Counted from the first letter of the stretch, positions 25,571 through 39,429 are shown. The stretch is DNA of 64,000 bases from Antedon mediterranea (GCF_964355755.1 NC_092670.1:7430201-7494200); one strand, 5' to 3'. Notes: generated from the sequence alone by a model not told the origin. Made by a program: numbers and translations.

Positions 25571-26839
25571 AAAGGGACATCAGCACTACTGTATAAGTCC
25601 ATCCATATCAATTTATATTCTATGTATCCCTTTTGTTTTTTACAGAACAATATATATATTTCTATCATAATGTAATAAAAAAAAACCAGGGCCATAATAA
25701 TGTAAAACAAGTGCTATACTATACCTGATATGCTTTTAGCCCATAAAATATATTTTGTAATTCCGACATCGAGAATAGAAGATTTCCTAATAGTAGAAAT
25801 AAATAAAATAATTATTAGGCCTACTCAGACAAAGATGTAATCTTAGGGAGGTGGACATTTAGAATATTCATTGCCTCCTCCTTTTTTATTGATATCATGT
25901 TGTGATTCTAAAGATTAAAAAGAAAATGTTATGATTAATGTTACAATAATTGTTAACTTTATATCTTGGTCTTGTTTAAGAAAATGATTATAATTCTTAT
26001 TGGTTTTTAAAAGTATTGAAAGCATACCTGTATTACTTTGAACAATGATTCAGTTTAAGGAAATGCACTACAAGTAACTAAATTAATATGTAATGTATAT
26101 CAACACATTTCAATTTGCATATAATTAGAATATTCTTCATATTTATAAAATAATACAATATATTATTTCCTCCAAAATACATAAAATGACAAAATAAGGA
26201 TGCTTCATACCGTAGGCCTACTCAGTAAGTAGTAGGTGCAAATATGGCCATTACGATATTCAAATTGATAATTATGTAACCTTTTTACCAGAACTGCATC
26301 TGACCAGTATGTTCTTATGTCCGATAAGTGTTTGTTTGTTTGTTTCTTTATTTCCATTCACAAAATCATAAATAATCATTACAAAACAAAAGAATGGAAA
26401 GGGTGAATCTCTGAAGCACAGCTTATAAAAAGTAGAAACCCCCTTTTACAAAACTGAATTTCATAAATTATCATATTTTGAAAGGATTATTCCCATTTGG
26501 AATCAGTTACCGTATCGAATAAGGTCTAACAATATCTATAAATTTTTATGGTGAAAAATTGAAAAACAACTTTGACCCCAATAATACATGCACGTGGATG
26601 TCACGTTGCCGATTTTCCCGTTCAGTAGGCATGTGTGTATCATATTCATATAGGCCTATAAAACTATAAGTTGTTATAAAATCTATAGATTTTTAAAATT
26701 TAGGGCGTTTCTCTCCAACTTACAATTAAGAATTACAAAAATGGACTATGTACAATATTAAAATAATATTGAAATGTGTAACAATATGTACGAATAAAAA
26801 TGCTATTGTTAATTTTGTTCTTATAGCTGTTCTTTTCTG

Positions 26840-27467
26840 CCCCCTTCCCTAAGTTTTTAGATCTAATTTAAGATCACAAACTATATTTAATGTAAAAATA
26901 ATACTATATGGTCCTATTGCGATAACTTTTTTCGTCTTTAAACGGTTAAAAATGTGAAAAATAAATCGATTCTAATAATTATAGCGGCCCGCTATAAATC
27001 CCAAAATGCATTGCGCGCGGATTGATATTTTTGTTTTTCACCTGTAATTCGGCCACTTTTCGAACGATCGTGAGGCCAAAAGAAATGGAAGACTCCTAAC
27101 TTTTCAGCGAAAATACCGGGTTTTCCCCAATTTGTATCAACGGAGTCTGCCAAAAATAGAAAGACAATTAATGCAGCAACTATACAACGTCAGGCTAGGT
27201 ATATAGCTAGCGTATGATGTTCGTACGTTATCGATGTTTACCAGCTAGGCCTACAAAACTAAGCCTAGCTGTGCTAGGCCTAAGACCGTCCACGAGAGGT
27301 CGATCGCCGCGAGCTACTTAAGTAGTGCATTGTTTCTCACTTTTTATCATAATTTACCATAAAACGTCCATTTAAGACAAGGAATGACATGGTTTAATGT
27401 TTTTAAAGTGATATATATGTATTATTTTCCAAAAAAACGTCCAAAATTGCAGGGAAGGGGTCTTTAA
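26840..27467. mobile_element. Kolobok-like MITE present in only one duplicate
   Basis: Inverted ends CCCCTTCCCT...AGGGAAGGGGTCT|TTAA. The paralog at 24455-24465 has a single TTAA. Confidence 0.7.
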
Positions 27468-27474
27468 ATGAAAT

Positions 27475-27512
27475 CACGGAGACTAGCCTATAGGCCTACT
27501 TATTTCTCCATG
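27475..27512. mobile_element. Putative P-superfamily footprint (38 bp) with nested TAGGCCTA scars
   Basis: CACGGAGA...TATTTCTCCATG flanked by the 7-bp direct repeat ATGAAAT. Confidence 0.55.
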
Positions 27513-29149
27513 ATGAAATCATTACTTTTGTTTCATAAATATGTGTTCATATAATATATCTAGGGCCTAGAGACATATAACACACAGTAAGTCTTTTTTC
27601 CCCTAATAAAGCATAATAGATATATATTACGCTGGTTATATTGTTTAGTTTATGTGCAATTGCAGCTTATTAATGTATTGTTAGACCTATTATAAAATAA
27701 TATTGCAATTCCTAGTTTAAAATGGCAGCCACATACTTTATAATATGCATGATTTTTTTTGGCGATAGCTAAAAATACCTTTCTTATTTCTCTATGATAG
27801 AACTGCTAAAAAATACAGGATTTAAGTAAATTGTATTGATTATTTGTACTGTTGGTTTTCAAAGTTATTTCAAAATTATTATAGAAATATAACAATATAT
27901 AGAATTTGGAAATGATGTAAATGTGTTGCTGTTTTAAAGATCAAAATAAATAAACATAACGCAACAATTACACCTGTGCACTGCGGTTTTGTAGGTTAAA
28001 AACATATATATGAAATATTTAATTAATTCCGTGGTATAGGCCTAGTGTAAACGTATTAGCAATTAAAAAACTGATAAAGAAGTCAATCTGCGGCGACTGT
28101 AGAATAGACCCGAGACATGACTTACTTCAATTTTTAGACGACAGAATATTGGAGTATGTGTACATTTTTTTAAATTGCGATAGGCCTATGTGTTTATATC
28201 ATTTCAGTTTTAACAATAAAATTTGTTAGTACAAGATAATATAGATATATAAGAAAAGCAAAAATATTGTGGAGTGGCTATCCCTGAAAATACAATACTA
28301 AGTACAGTATTGTATAATAAGTTTAACATTGTAAATTTTAGGCGATACGTGGCGGGCCTATATATAGCTGCCACGTTTCAATATATCATATAGGCATATA
28401 TGTCGTATGAAATCACAATTTCAGCGATTTACACAATTACAACAATAATATAATTATATTTACTATGTATGGAATAATCTACAGCAACTTTACAGTCTAA
28501 TTATTTAAATTTTAAATCAAATTATAAAAAAAAAAATTTTTTTTTTTATTGTCATTTTAACATTTGTTATGTACAAACAAACAAACAAAATATTATCCAT
28601 AAAAGTCTAACCAACTTTTGTTTACACCATTCTCCGCCCAAGCGCGTTGTTTTCTGTGCTTAAACTTGGTAATTTTGTATGCATATCTTCTTTTTTTTTA
28701 CAGATTTACAAAAATGTTTATGTTTAAATAATATAATAATATTTTGTAACGAAATTAGGCCGTGGGTGGTTTGAGCGGCATGTTCCTAAAATTATTATTA
28801 TTATTATATGTTAAAACATATATTATATTTTATGTACTTTTACTTTACTTATTCTTATCAGCAGACTATTCATGGTTATCATACTATACACATTAGAGCC
28901 CTATAATCATTCAATGGTGCAATCTGCAGTATGCTTATCATGTAATGTATTAAAATCATGTATTATATATTATTATCACAATAATTATTTTCTGGTGTTC
29001 TAATGAAAGTGATACAGTAATAATATATAGCAGTGATTTACAAAGTGTTAGATGAGCTGTGATAACACAATTTCCATTATTATTGGAGTTATTTTCTCTC
29101 TGTAATGAAAATAAATGTTTTGATTGATTCAATGAAATGTAATGTTTTT

Positions 29150-29300
29150 AATTATTCATACCTCTTCCTAAGAGGTTTCGTTTTTATGTTGATATTTGTT
29201 TGTGTGTGTATGTTTGTGTGTGTATGTTTGTGTGGTTCAAACTTAAGCCACAGATAGATATGTAGTCACAGACGACTTTGTTAAAGTTGAACCAGGGCGG
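29150..29300 (+). mobile_element. Helentron-associated (HINE-like) 5' fragment, with a similar end at 11429
   Basis: tacctc..c.aag-type terminus followed by a GT-rich microsatellite. Confidence 0.35.
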
Positions 29301-29644
29301 TTTTAAAATTATAGTTTAAAACTTTCCATCATTCCAGTCATTCTGATGCTTTATTTACTAAACTTCAATCCCGGCTGCTGTGCAAAATTGAATGTTGTTT
29401 AAAACCTTCCAGTTCAACGATTTCTTTCAATCACTAAAATACAAAGAGGTTGGCATAGTTTCAATTTATAAACAATATTGTATATAAAATAACCTGAATT
29501 GCGGAACTGACAGCTGTAAGCAGCAGACCAATTTTAAAATCAGACAATTGTTATGTTTGTGGTACTTAATACCTGTCCTATATAAAAGTAGAAGGAATAC
29601 GTTTGTCACATCATTTACAAGTATCTTTGAGATTTGAACACTTA

Positions 29645-30539
29645 CGCCCGTATTCTTAAACCGGACTTTAGTCGTAGTCATTTTAATTCATAAACCGAAC
29701 TTCAACTAAATCGCCGACTAATTCAGGCCAACCTCGACTAAATCGAGACGACTTTTGATCGATTTTTTTAGTCCTGGAGGGTGCAGGCTAAATGGTGGAC
29801 TAAATGGTTTTTAAACGACGTTATGAAAAACGTAACCGTCATTGAGTTGTTATATTGGCCAGATATTGAAAAATGAAATATCTATTTTTATATTAGCTTA
29901 ATTAGGCCTAAGTATACATTGGTATAAGTTATAATAATGAAAATAATCTGTATACAAATTACATTATTTTCTTCGCGCAAGTCCGATTTGAACAAGGTCA
30001 CGCCATAGCGACAATGACAGATGCGGAAATTCACCACGCGATGGAATGTTTAGTGGGCCTAGCGCTTTCTTGTCACGCGATGAAGTGCATGGTTCATCGC
30101 GATCATACTTTGTTGGGGCCCTAGAAAATATAAAAGTTACCGTACCGCCATGGTTCATGAATATATTTTGAATATTTTGTTTGTTGTTAATCAAAAGTAC
30201 TTCACTGTTAAATTGATACTGATCTTGTTCTAATAATTAACGATTAAAATTACTTTTCATGTATATAGTCCTGATGCGTAAAAAGTGTTGTAAGAAAATG
30301 GAAAGTGATATCAATGCGCAAAATTTCGTCTACTCCTCAAATACTCTCTTGTCATTGGCCAATGTATAGCCTTTGTTACCCAGACGTGTGCAACTCGACT
30401 AAAAGCTCGACTTCATTAAGTCGAACTGCAAACTTCGACTACTTCGTTTTTTAATCGAATTTGAAGTAATAGCTCGAACTACGACTTTTTCAAGTCGAAC
30501 TTCAAACTACAACTAAAGTCCGGTTTAAGAATACGGGCG
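29645..30539. mobile_element. MITE of about 895 bp with long TIRs (Harbinger-like)
   Basis: CGCCCGTATTCTTAAACCGGACTTTAGT and its exact reverse complement, plus internal TCGACT subrepeats. Confidence 0.8.
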
Positions 30540-33500
30540 ATAGTGTTGGATAGTGTTGTCCTGCATTGAATCAAGACATTGCATGATGGTGTAAGTAACT
30601 TGATTGTTGATCAACTGTGTATATAGACATATGCAACCTGTATGTTTTTTTACAGTAGCTACCAGATTCAGATATGGAGCTCGTATTGTAATAATACCGT
30701 AATTATAGCTATAAATCATCAATTCCTTAAGGGTAGATTTCTTTAATGTGTAGTCTATATGTGTCTACAAAAACACTAGTCTTTGGTATTAGAACGAACA
30801 ATTTTGTTCAAAACGGAAAAAATGGTAGAAATTCAAGTTTGAGAAGTTTTTTTTATATAAAACGATTAAATAGTATATGAGTAACACAGTAGTTATAGAA
30901 ATGTACAATCTGCGTGTCACTACAGGTCTCAATTAGTAACAATACAGTAATGTCACATGTTCTCCCCTTTTGAAACAGTGTTATTTAAGCACCAACAAAA
31001 TCTGTGTTCAATTGTAAAGATAATATCAAATTATATGCGTATAATTTGATTGCAAGAAGGCTAAATGGGTAGGCCTCTACTGGAGCGTGAATCCCAACAT
31101 TTTGTGGATACGACCCGGTTTGGTGTTGGCCTGCTGGAAGTGTCCCAGTGTATTGTTTTTCCCCTAACTAAGACCAAACATGAGCAGTGAACATTGCGAC
31201 AAACTTTTAGTAGATGATTTGTATTTATTTTTTATGTTGCATAATACACCTATTTTCGTACGTTAATTATGAAAACATGTTTGGAACATTTATTTTGTAT
31301 TAAATTAATTAATTTTAATACAACTTTTTTTTTAAATGTCAAAACTTGATTCAAGAGTAAATAATTAATAAACTGACTACTGAATAAAGTATATAACACA
31401 TGGTTATAATACAAGTTAATTCTATAATGTTTAACGAATTATAATACTTTTTTTTTAAAGTAGACTATAATATAGGCCTACACAGCAGTCATTTCATTGT
31501 GTTTTGGTATTTTGTGGTCAACCTTCAAGAGACCATGCTGAGATCATGCGCACATCATCTAGAAGCCTAGTCTAACTGTATTAAATAGGGCCTAATTGCA
31601 ATACACGATGTCTCTGTCAGTAGTCAGTTAGACGCTATCTACTAGCTTCCAGAATCGGGTGAATATTATAATTTTTTTTAAACAGAGTTGCATTAACGGA
31701 AAAATTATATTTGTAATCGTTATTAACACGGGATACACATTTTATGAAAATTAAATTTAGTTTTACTTCCACTCTCTCATAAAATCTACTTTTTACTACT
31801 TGCTTGGAGAATAAGTTATTTCTCCATTATACTACATATATACACCTAATAATAATATTCTATATTCTTCAAAATGTTTTAGTATTTTTATAGGCCTATT
31901 TAAAAAAATGTACCAATACAAAAGAATGATAATTAATGATAATTAAACTTAGTTACATCCAGTGAGTTTACCAATCACATTTCTGGCGTGAAACTAAACT
32001 GGCACCTGGAAATTCATTGAAAACGAATTTAACAATGCTGTAATCAGTGACACGTAGCTGAATATTGCATATTTATACAATTCTAATGGGAAATAATGAT
32101 GGCTTTGGTTTTTCTGGTTTTTTTATATACAAAACACAGTGATTAACATGCGAGGAGTGTGGGCTTTTTTTAACGCGTCATGACAGGGGAGGAAGGCAAT
32201 CGAGAAAAACTTCTGATTTGGATGTCAACTCTGCACCTTTTCCAACATTAAATGGGCGGTACAATCACATGTCATTGTCAAATATAAAATAATAATTACA
32301 TTACTTAACTTATTTGACAGAAAGACAAATACAAGTTTTCGATTGTCTAGATTTGGCCTATGATTGTAATACATAAGTAAATTGTTAACAGACGCCAGCA
32401 TAGTCATGTGCTGAAGCATTGGTATTGGTTGAGATATAACAGTTAATTTTTGTATAATGGAGTACTAATTTTCATACACTAATTGGTTACTGACAATGTA
32501 ATTACAACACGAATGTCCTTGAATCTTTGAATCACTGGGCATAAACATCACTTTTGCAAATTTATCATTCGTATTCCAGAGATGGCAACATATTTTGTGG
32601 CGGTACTAATTTTAATTTTTTATTTATTAAAACATATTTAGGCAGGATAACATAATTCATAAAAGATCACAAAATTTCTGTTTTTTAATATGGTCCTGCA
32701 ATGAAACAACTTTAAAAAAACAGAAGAAATTCACAAAAATTCAAAAATATAACAATCAGTGAATATAGAACGTTAATAATAATAGTGTGGAAATACAATT
32801 ATTTTTAAAGAAATGCTTTTTATAATCTGCATAAATTAGCTGGTTTATTTATTTATTTATTTTAACAAACAACAGCAGCAGAAACAAATCTGCCACTTAA
32901 AGCACGCAAGATATTTACAATTGAGCCATATCAGCCCAAGAATATGTTTTCAATGTGTTTCTTTAAAGAAGAATTGTCCATCAAAAACATGAAAAATGAA
33001 GATAAATTTTTAAATATAGGCCATGTCGCAGTAGTTTTAATAATGGTTATCACTTCGGTCGAGAAAAAAAACATTTTAAAAATAATGTTTTCACTTATAA
33101 AAAGACAGAATAAACGGTTATTTCCAACCAAAAACCCATTGGATTTACTTCTAGTCAATTTAGATTAAATTACAGCTTTTTCAGATAAACCATTTTTTTT
33201 TCAATCCAATTTTTGCTCAAAGTGAATATAACTAATAACCAATATGTTACATTTAAAAGACATACCGGTATTCAACAAAAACATTTTTTTAAATTGTTCG
33301 AGGGGGACAATATAACTCACCCGATTCTGTAAACAACTGCACGCCTACCCAATTAGGCACAATGGGTTTTACCGTTATAGTCCATAAAATATTGACTTCA
33401 TGGCAAAGGAATACAATTGCTTCTCATGAGTACTTGAGATCTTTAAAAGGATTACCTGCTCCTTTTTCTTTGTTTTTGATTTGATTTTTTTTGCTTCCTT

Positions 33501-33589
33501 CTTTATATCAATAAAAAGCTCTTAGTTGCTGTTCTAGAAAATACGATATTTGGTCAGTACACTTTGTCAAAAAGGCAACGGCGGTCAAA

Positions 33590-34240
33590 ATAAGATGCGT
33601 AACTTGGTAACAGCTGGGTGTCTCAAAATACATCAGAAACCATTGTTTAGAAAGTGATAATTTTGTTGTCAAATTACTTGCAAATTATATAAAATATAAG
33701 TTAGATTGAAAAATGTGTCTTTTAAGTCTTTTAAGATTAAAGAAAATGAAAACTGCTAAAACATTAAAATATTTATAAAATACCAAGTATTATACTATTG
33801 TTAAAATACAACATGAATGTCGTTATCCATCCTGCAACACGGATTCGTGACACACATTTACTTGTTGCGTAATACATTAATTGTAAAAGTTTTTCAATTG
33901 TAGCCAATTACAACTCTTACAACACGTTACAATTTCCACTCTCTAAGCATATAGTTCAAAGGTCAAAATAAAGGTTACTTGACATTCTGTGGATTTTTAT
34001 TGGATTTTTATTGTATTACAGAAAATGTAAGAATTATGCTTTGCGATTAATTTGAGAACAAAATTATCACTTTCTGACCAGAGATATTCATGACCATTTT
34101 CTTTACCAGTGGTCACAAGAGGGTTTATACTCACGTTTTAAAATTAGCTATTAGAGTGAATATACTAAATACAGGCCTACTGCGTATTTTAATCCGTGAT
34201 TATTCCAATACATTAGGTAGTTACCAGTTACGCAACATTT
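33590..34240. repeat. Degenerate foldback element
   Basis: tgcgtaacttggtaac pairs with gttaccagttacgca, and agaaagtgataattttgtt pairs with aacaaaattatcactttct. Confidence 0.6.
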
Positions 34241-36002
34241 TCATTTTCCCTTACCTTTTCAGGTAGGGCCTATACGTTTTAAAGTACTATATTAACTAAT
34301 AAATGTGAATTCAATAATTATCTAGAAATCTTCCTAGTAATAAAACTTATATATATTATCCATATTTATTCACTTCAACTCTAAAACCAATTAAAGTTTT
34401 AGTTCCGTTAGATTGTTTGTTATTCACTGCAATCGAATAATTTTTGTTTAAATATAAACGATTGCAGGGCCATAACCAGGTTTGACGGCGGGGTGGATCG
34501 TTTTTTAGTGGAACCATGCAATACCCTTACATTTTCTTCTCTATAGGCCTACGTATGGCCGCAAATCGCATTTCCGGCTAATCTATTTTGTTTATGAACT
34601 ATATAATTTGGTGTAATTTCCAGCCCACGAATTTCAATTGCCGACCTTATTACCGACCTTAAATTGTCAGAGGATGGCATTCTCTTGCCGACCAAAACTA
34701 GGCTAGATCCCTCCTCCTTTTAATGCCTCCTAGCTCCTAGCAACAACATGGTACATTAAGGGATCGTATCATTGAGACTTTAACAGGCATATTCACCATC
34801 ATGTGGTGTTTAGGTAACAAACCATGGAATTAAGATGATCCCTGAATTCACTCAACCATTGCATCTTGCACTTGCGTAAGCTCCATGCTTTCTATCAAGC
34901 AGCTGGCTGGGCACGTCACACGCACGCCGCGCGCCGGCGGAGACCTGGGTGAGCACATGAGACATCATTGTGGTACGTACAAAACATCGATTAACATGTT
35001 GCCGTCTTTGGTTATGCTAGATAAGTTTTATATTGCACTAACAAAAGACTCATGGCGCGACCTAATTCAAACTCTTTAAAATCGTTTTAGTGCAAAAAAG
35101 CCGGATTAATTGTTGTATATTATTTTGACCTGAAGGATAGTGTTGTTTCACTTTGATATGACTATGATGGCACCTAAAAATATATATTAAATATATATTT
35201 TCTTTTAAACTAAAACAATTTCTACTTCATAAATAACTAATACTAAAATAATAAAAGAATACATTCATTTTAGTTTTCTGTGTTTCCATAGTATCAATCA
35301 TTGCCTTGTCGTTTGTTTTTTTTTTAACATGTTTTTTGTTTGTACAGTTGTCCTGTTTTGTTTCTGTATGTTCAAACTTTTCTTAACTGGCTACCCGTCA
35401 CAAGTTTGTTTTTTGTTTTTTTGGATGGAGACCTTCAAACATTATTACTTCCTGGGGTTTGCCTATTTATTATTTATATTTAAATTGTTATTTTGTTTAA
35501 CTTGAAAGAGAAAGAAATAAATGTTATATGAATGATTGAATCCACAAAAGAAAATAAGATTGGTAGGCCTATTATTAAAAAGGTTTAAAAGTAGAATAAA
35601 AGTAGTACATTAAAAGGCAATTCGTCCCAATGACCAGTTTAGAGAAATGTGTTGTATAACATCGAATAGTAGGCCTTGCTGAGCCGTGAAATGTGCAAAA
35701 AGTCACATTTGTGCCAATGGTACCCTCAAATGTGCAAATCTATAAAAATGTATAATCCACTAATGTGCAAACATCACGCCATTAAATGTAAAAACGATCA
35801 AGTTTGACGTCATATGTGCAAATGAAATTCTACAAATGTGCAAACCATTTTTTCAACCAAAATCGTTTATTAAACATGGTAACCTAATTCTAAATAGTCA
35901 CGGGGTTTTCTAACAATGTTTTCAAGATATAGCCACTTAGGCCTACATATTTAATTGTAGTACAGGCTAAAATAATCTGTTTTGAAAAAAAAACACAATC
36001 AT

Positions 36003-36640
36003 GTCCGAGAAGACACGTGGTCGGCTTGCCTGGAGATGGTAATCAATACCGTTGAAATTGAAGTCCCTTAATAATATAGTTGTCCTCTTATTTTAAAGGG
36101 AATCCACAAAACATAATGAAAATAGTTTATTAGATTTTATATTATTTCATTTAAAATATATTTCTGTTATGCGCGATTTGAACAAATTATTTTCAGTATC
36201 TGAGAAAAATAAAATTTATATAAATCCATATACATTTATAAAAAAAATGCAGGTAAATGAATCCACTTTCCTTGCGTAATTTCAAATTACACAATGTTGT
36301 GCAGATTCAAATTGCGCAAAGAAGTCTGTGCGCTATTTTAAATCGCGCATAACATACATTTACATTCGCCTATAGGATTATACCATATTAATACCTACAT
36401 CATCTATAGTATTTCTTATTATATTTAATTGCTAAAGAAAATGATTTGCTTAAGAAATCTTCCAAAATTCAAATAGATAAATTGTTAAAATCGCGCATAA
36501 CAGAAATAAATTAATAATACTATAAAATAATATAAAATCTAATGAAGTCAGTTCATTATCTTTTGTGGATTTCCTTTAAAATAAGAGGACAACCAAGGGA
36601 CTTTAAGAAGCGACCACGTGTCAGACCTGCATCCCCGGAC
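36003..36640. repeat. Palindrome nested in the left arm of the foldback element
   Basis: gacacgtggtcg...ttgtcctcttattttaaagg...tgttatgcgcgattt is mirrored at 36485-36640. Confidence 0.8.
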
Positions 36641-38033
36641 GCGATTTTTTTTTTCGTACATAAGTTGGGGACCACTCATGAAACGTCACAAAATAAACAT
36701 GAATAATTCATCAGTTAAATTTGTTGTTCCGTGTGCACCCAAGCGTATAGCAACAAGAAGTGATTACACAACTGCGATACGATACTTTCTACAGTAGGCC
36801 TAGGATTCTAAAGTCAATTCACGTGATTGCCTTCGCGCACTCTTCTTCACACAAAATGTGTCGAGTCGAGGCTAATCGACAGCTAGGCAAGACATTAAAC
36901 TAAGTAGTAATTCATTGGAACATAGCCCAAAGAAAGCTTAGACCCACAAGAAAGAATGTGTATAATTTGTGTACTGTATTTTTTTAATTCTGCTATTTTA
37001 TTATCAAACAATATACATGTACTCAAAGGAACTTTAAAAATGTGCGTATATGAACACATGAGATGGGAAGATTAGACCCACGAGAATAAAAAATGTATTT
37101 TTGTGTAATGTTTATTGTTTAATTTTGCTGACTTATTACTCGATTGTGTCATACCTAACACACACACGTCACACACACCCACACAGCTACTACTAGGCCT
37201 AGAATTATAGACATGGGTTTAGAGACTAATAATTAGGCCTAATAGTATTAATAGAAACTATAATTTTAACACGTAATTCTTTAGTAATAAATTATATTAA
37301 AAACACCATAAACTAAAGGCTGATTATTTCGACAATCCACACAAAACGCCGCTATTCTGCTATGAAATCGCACGCCGCAACATAGACTTGCTCCAAGTCT
37401 GTATTGTCTTTTTTTTTATTTATTTGTTTTTATTTCGACCGCGATTTTTGTCTGAAAATACAGACTTGTGAAACACGTATAGAAATCGATTTGCAGACCG
37501 CAAGCATCCGATAAGAATGACGTAGGTTACGATACCGTATTTGGCTATATGGGGCGGGCGGTATGTAAATATGGATTTCGAATCAACCAATGATCATTTT
37601 GTTTCAAAATAAAAAAGATCGAGTACTATACGAACAGTGCTGAATGTACGATCGAGACTGTTGAAATATAAAATCGTGTTGCCAAGTTGTTTTGTTTATT
37701 AATTGTTTAGTCCTTGGCCTAGGCCTCCTTCGTAGGTCCTACTCAACTCGCACGTATGACCTGCCGAATAAAACGCCAATAAGGTAGGCCTACATACCAT
37801 CACCGGCACAAAACAGGGCTACACCACCATACAGAACAGGACAGGGTCTGGGTGGGAATTAAATCAAAATATCTCCGCGTAATAAATGATCCATTCAATC
37901 AATGTTTGATTTGCGGAGAAGCTAGCCTATCATATCAAGACGAGTTTTCATGTTCTTGGGAAAAATCCCATCAAATAATTACCAGACAGGGATAAAATCA
38001 TTTCTAGACTTCAGAAACTTTCATCAATGTACC

Positions 38034-38051
38034 CATGGAGGTATCTCCATG
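38034..38051. mobile_element. Putative P-superfamily excision footprint (18 bp)
   Basis: CATGGAGGTATCTCCATG flanked by the 7-bp direct repeat ATGTACC. Confidence 0.6.
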
Positions 38052-39429
38052 ATGTACCCAAGTACACATTGTCTAAACGTAAAATAGCGCATGCGCATCA
38101 TCTTAGATGTTGAGTCTTTGAAATATGAATATTAAAATAGTGTACGAGTGAGTAGCCAATCGCATGCAGCTGAAACTAGTCAACCGGATAATCGTATGCA
38201 CCAAGAATTCTTGGTGTCAAACCACGTGACTTGTGCGTGTTTCCCCAGACGGAGTATCCAAAATCAAGTAGTAAACGTATGAAACGCCATATGTGCCAAA
38301 ATATTTATCTTTTTACTAATATTAAGACAAAACTCCGTCTGGAACCCAGACTAGCCGCAACAGCGGAGATAGGCCTCTTGTTGCTATACGCTTGGGTGCA
38401 CACGGAACACGAAAATTTAACTGATGAATTATTCATGTTTATTTTGTGACGTTTCATGAGGGGGTCCCCAACTTATGTACGAAAAAAAAAATCGCTCCCC
38501 GGACATGATTGTGTTAGATTATTTCAGCCTGTAGACTACTAATGTTGGCCCAAGTGGCTATATCTTGAAAATATTGTTAGAAAAACCCGTGACAATTTAG
38601 AATTAGGTTATCATTTTTAAAAAACGTTTGAAAAAATGATTTGCACATTTGTAGAATTTCATTTGCACATTTAACGTCAAACTTGATCGTTTTTACATTT
38701 AACGGCGTGATGTTTGCACATTAGTGGATTATACATTTGTACAGATTTGCACATTTGAGGGTGCCATGTTTGCACAAATGTGACTTGTTGCACATTTCAC
38801 GACTCAACAGGCCTACTAAAAGTAAATAATTAATAAGAAATATAATATATAATAGCCTATTGCACGAAGTTGCACAATTTAAACATTCTAATAAAAAGAC
38901 TTGTATTCTAAAAGTGTTAGTATAGGTACTAAATTGATGTTGTTTTTTTTTTGTATTGTAATTATAATGTGTTCTTTCCATTTCTATTATTTACAATATT
39001 TTCTTTATTTATATTTTTTTTAATTATTAGCCAACAAATGACTGTATACATCTAAAACTAAATGTGTATATTTTTAACATTTATAATGATCAGAACTATT
39101 AAATGCGAGCTATATTGATCGTGGTCGCTTTTGCTTTTTGTGTCATGTGTGTTGTATAAGTGTTGATCAGATAAATAAATAAATGAAATAGTTGTCGATT
39201 ATTATTAAAGAGTTATGCTCAGTTCTATTTTTAAAAAATAGCAGAGTAATAGTTATATAACTGCAATAACTGCTTATTTTGCAATAAATATTTCACTGCT
39301 ATTAGCAAAAACTTGTCCCAAAGTAAGCGCCAAAAAGCATGATTGAAGCATGAATATAGGTTCTAGACTGTTTTTTTTTTTGACATAATATCAGCAAAAA
39401 AGATAGTAAAAAATAGAACTGAACATAAA

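Larger units (their letters stand above)
26470..28535 (+). repeat. Segmental duplication, copy 2
   Basis: Collinear with copy 1, for example the identical gaagtcaatctgcggcgactgtagaatagacccgagacatgacttacttc. Confidence 0.9.
35677..38809. mobile_element. 3.1-kb foldback element with inverted arms of about 440 bp
   Basis: Arms 35677-36759 (containing an insertion) and 38375-38809 are reverse complements with AATGTGCAA subrepeats. Ends are TG(C/T)TGAG...CTCAACA, flanked by GGCCT on both sides. Confidence 0.85.

Noticed and set aside
30880-31200. LTR retrotransposon remnant (minus-strand polypurine tract AAAAGGGGGAGAA before TGT)
   Set aside because: No second LTR, PBS or convincing integrase motif seen.
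34770-34980. CpG-rich patch with a minus-strand LLPKHHMMV motif reminiscent of CMC/EnSpm transposases
   Set aside because: A single short motif flanked by stops, insufficient to call.
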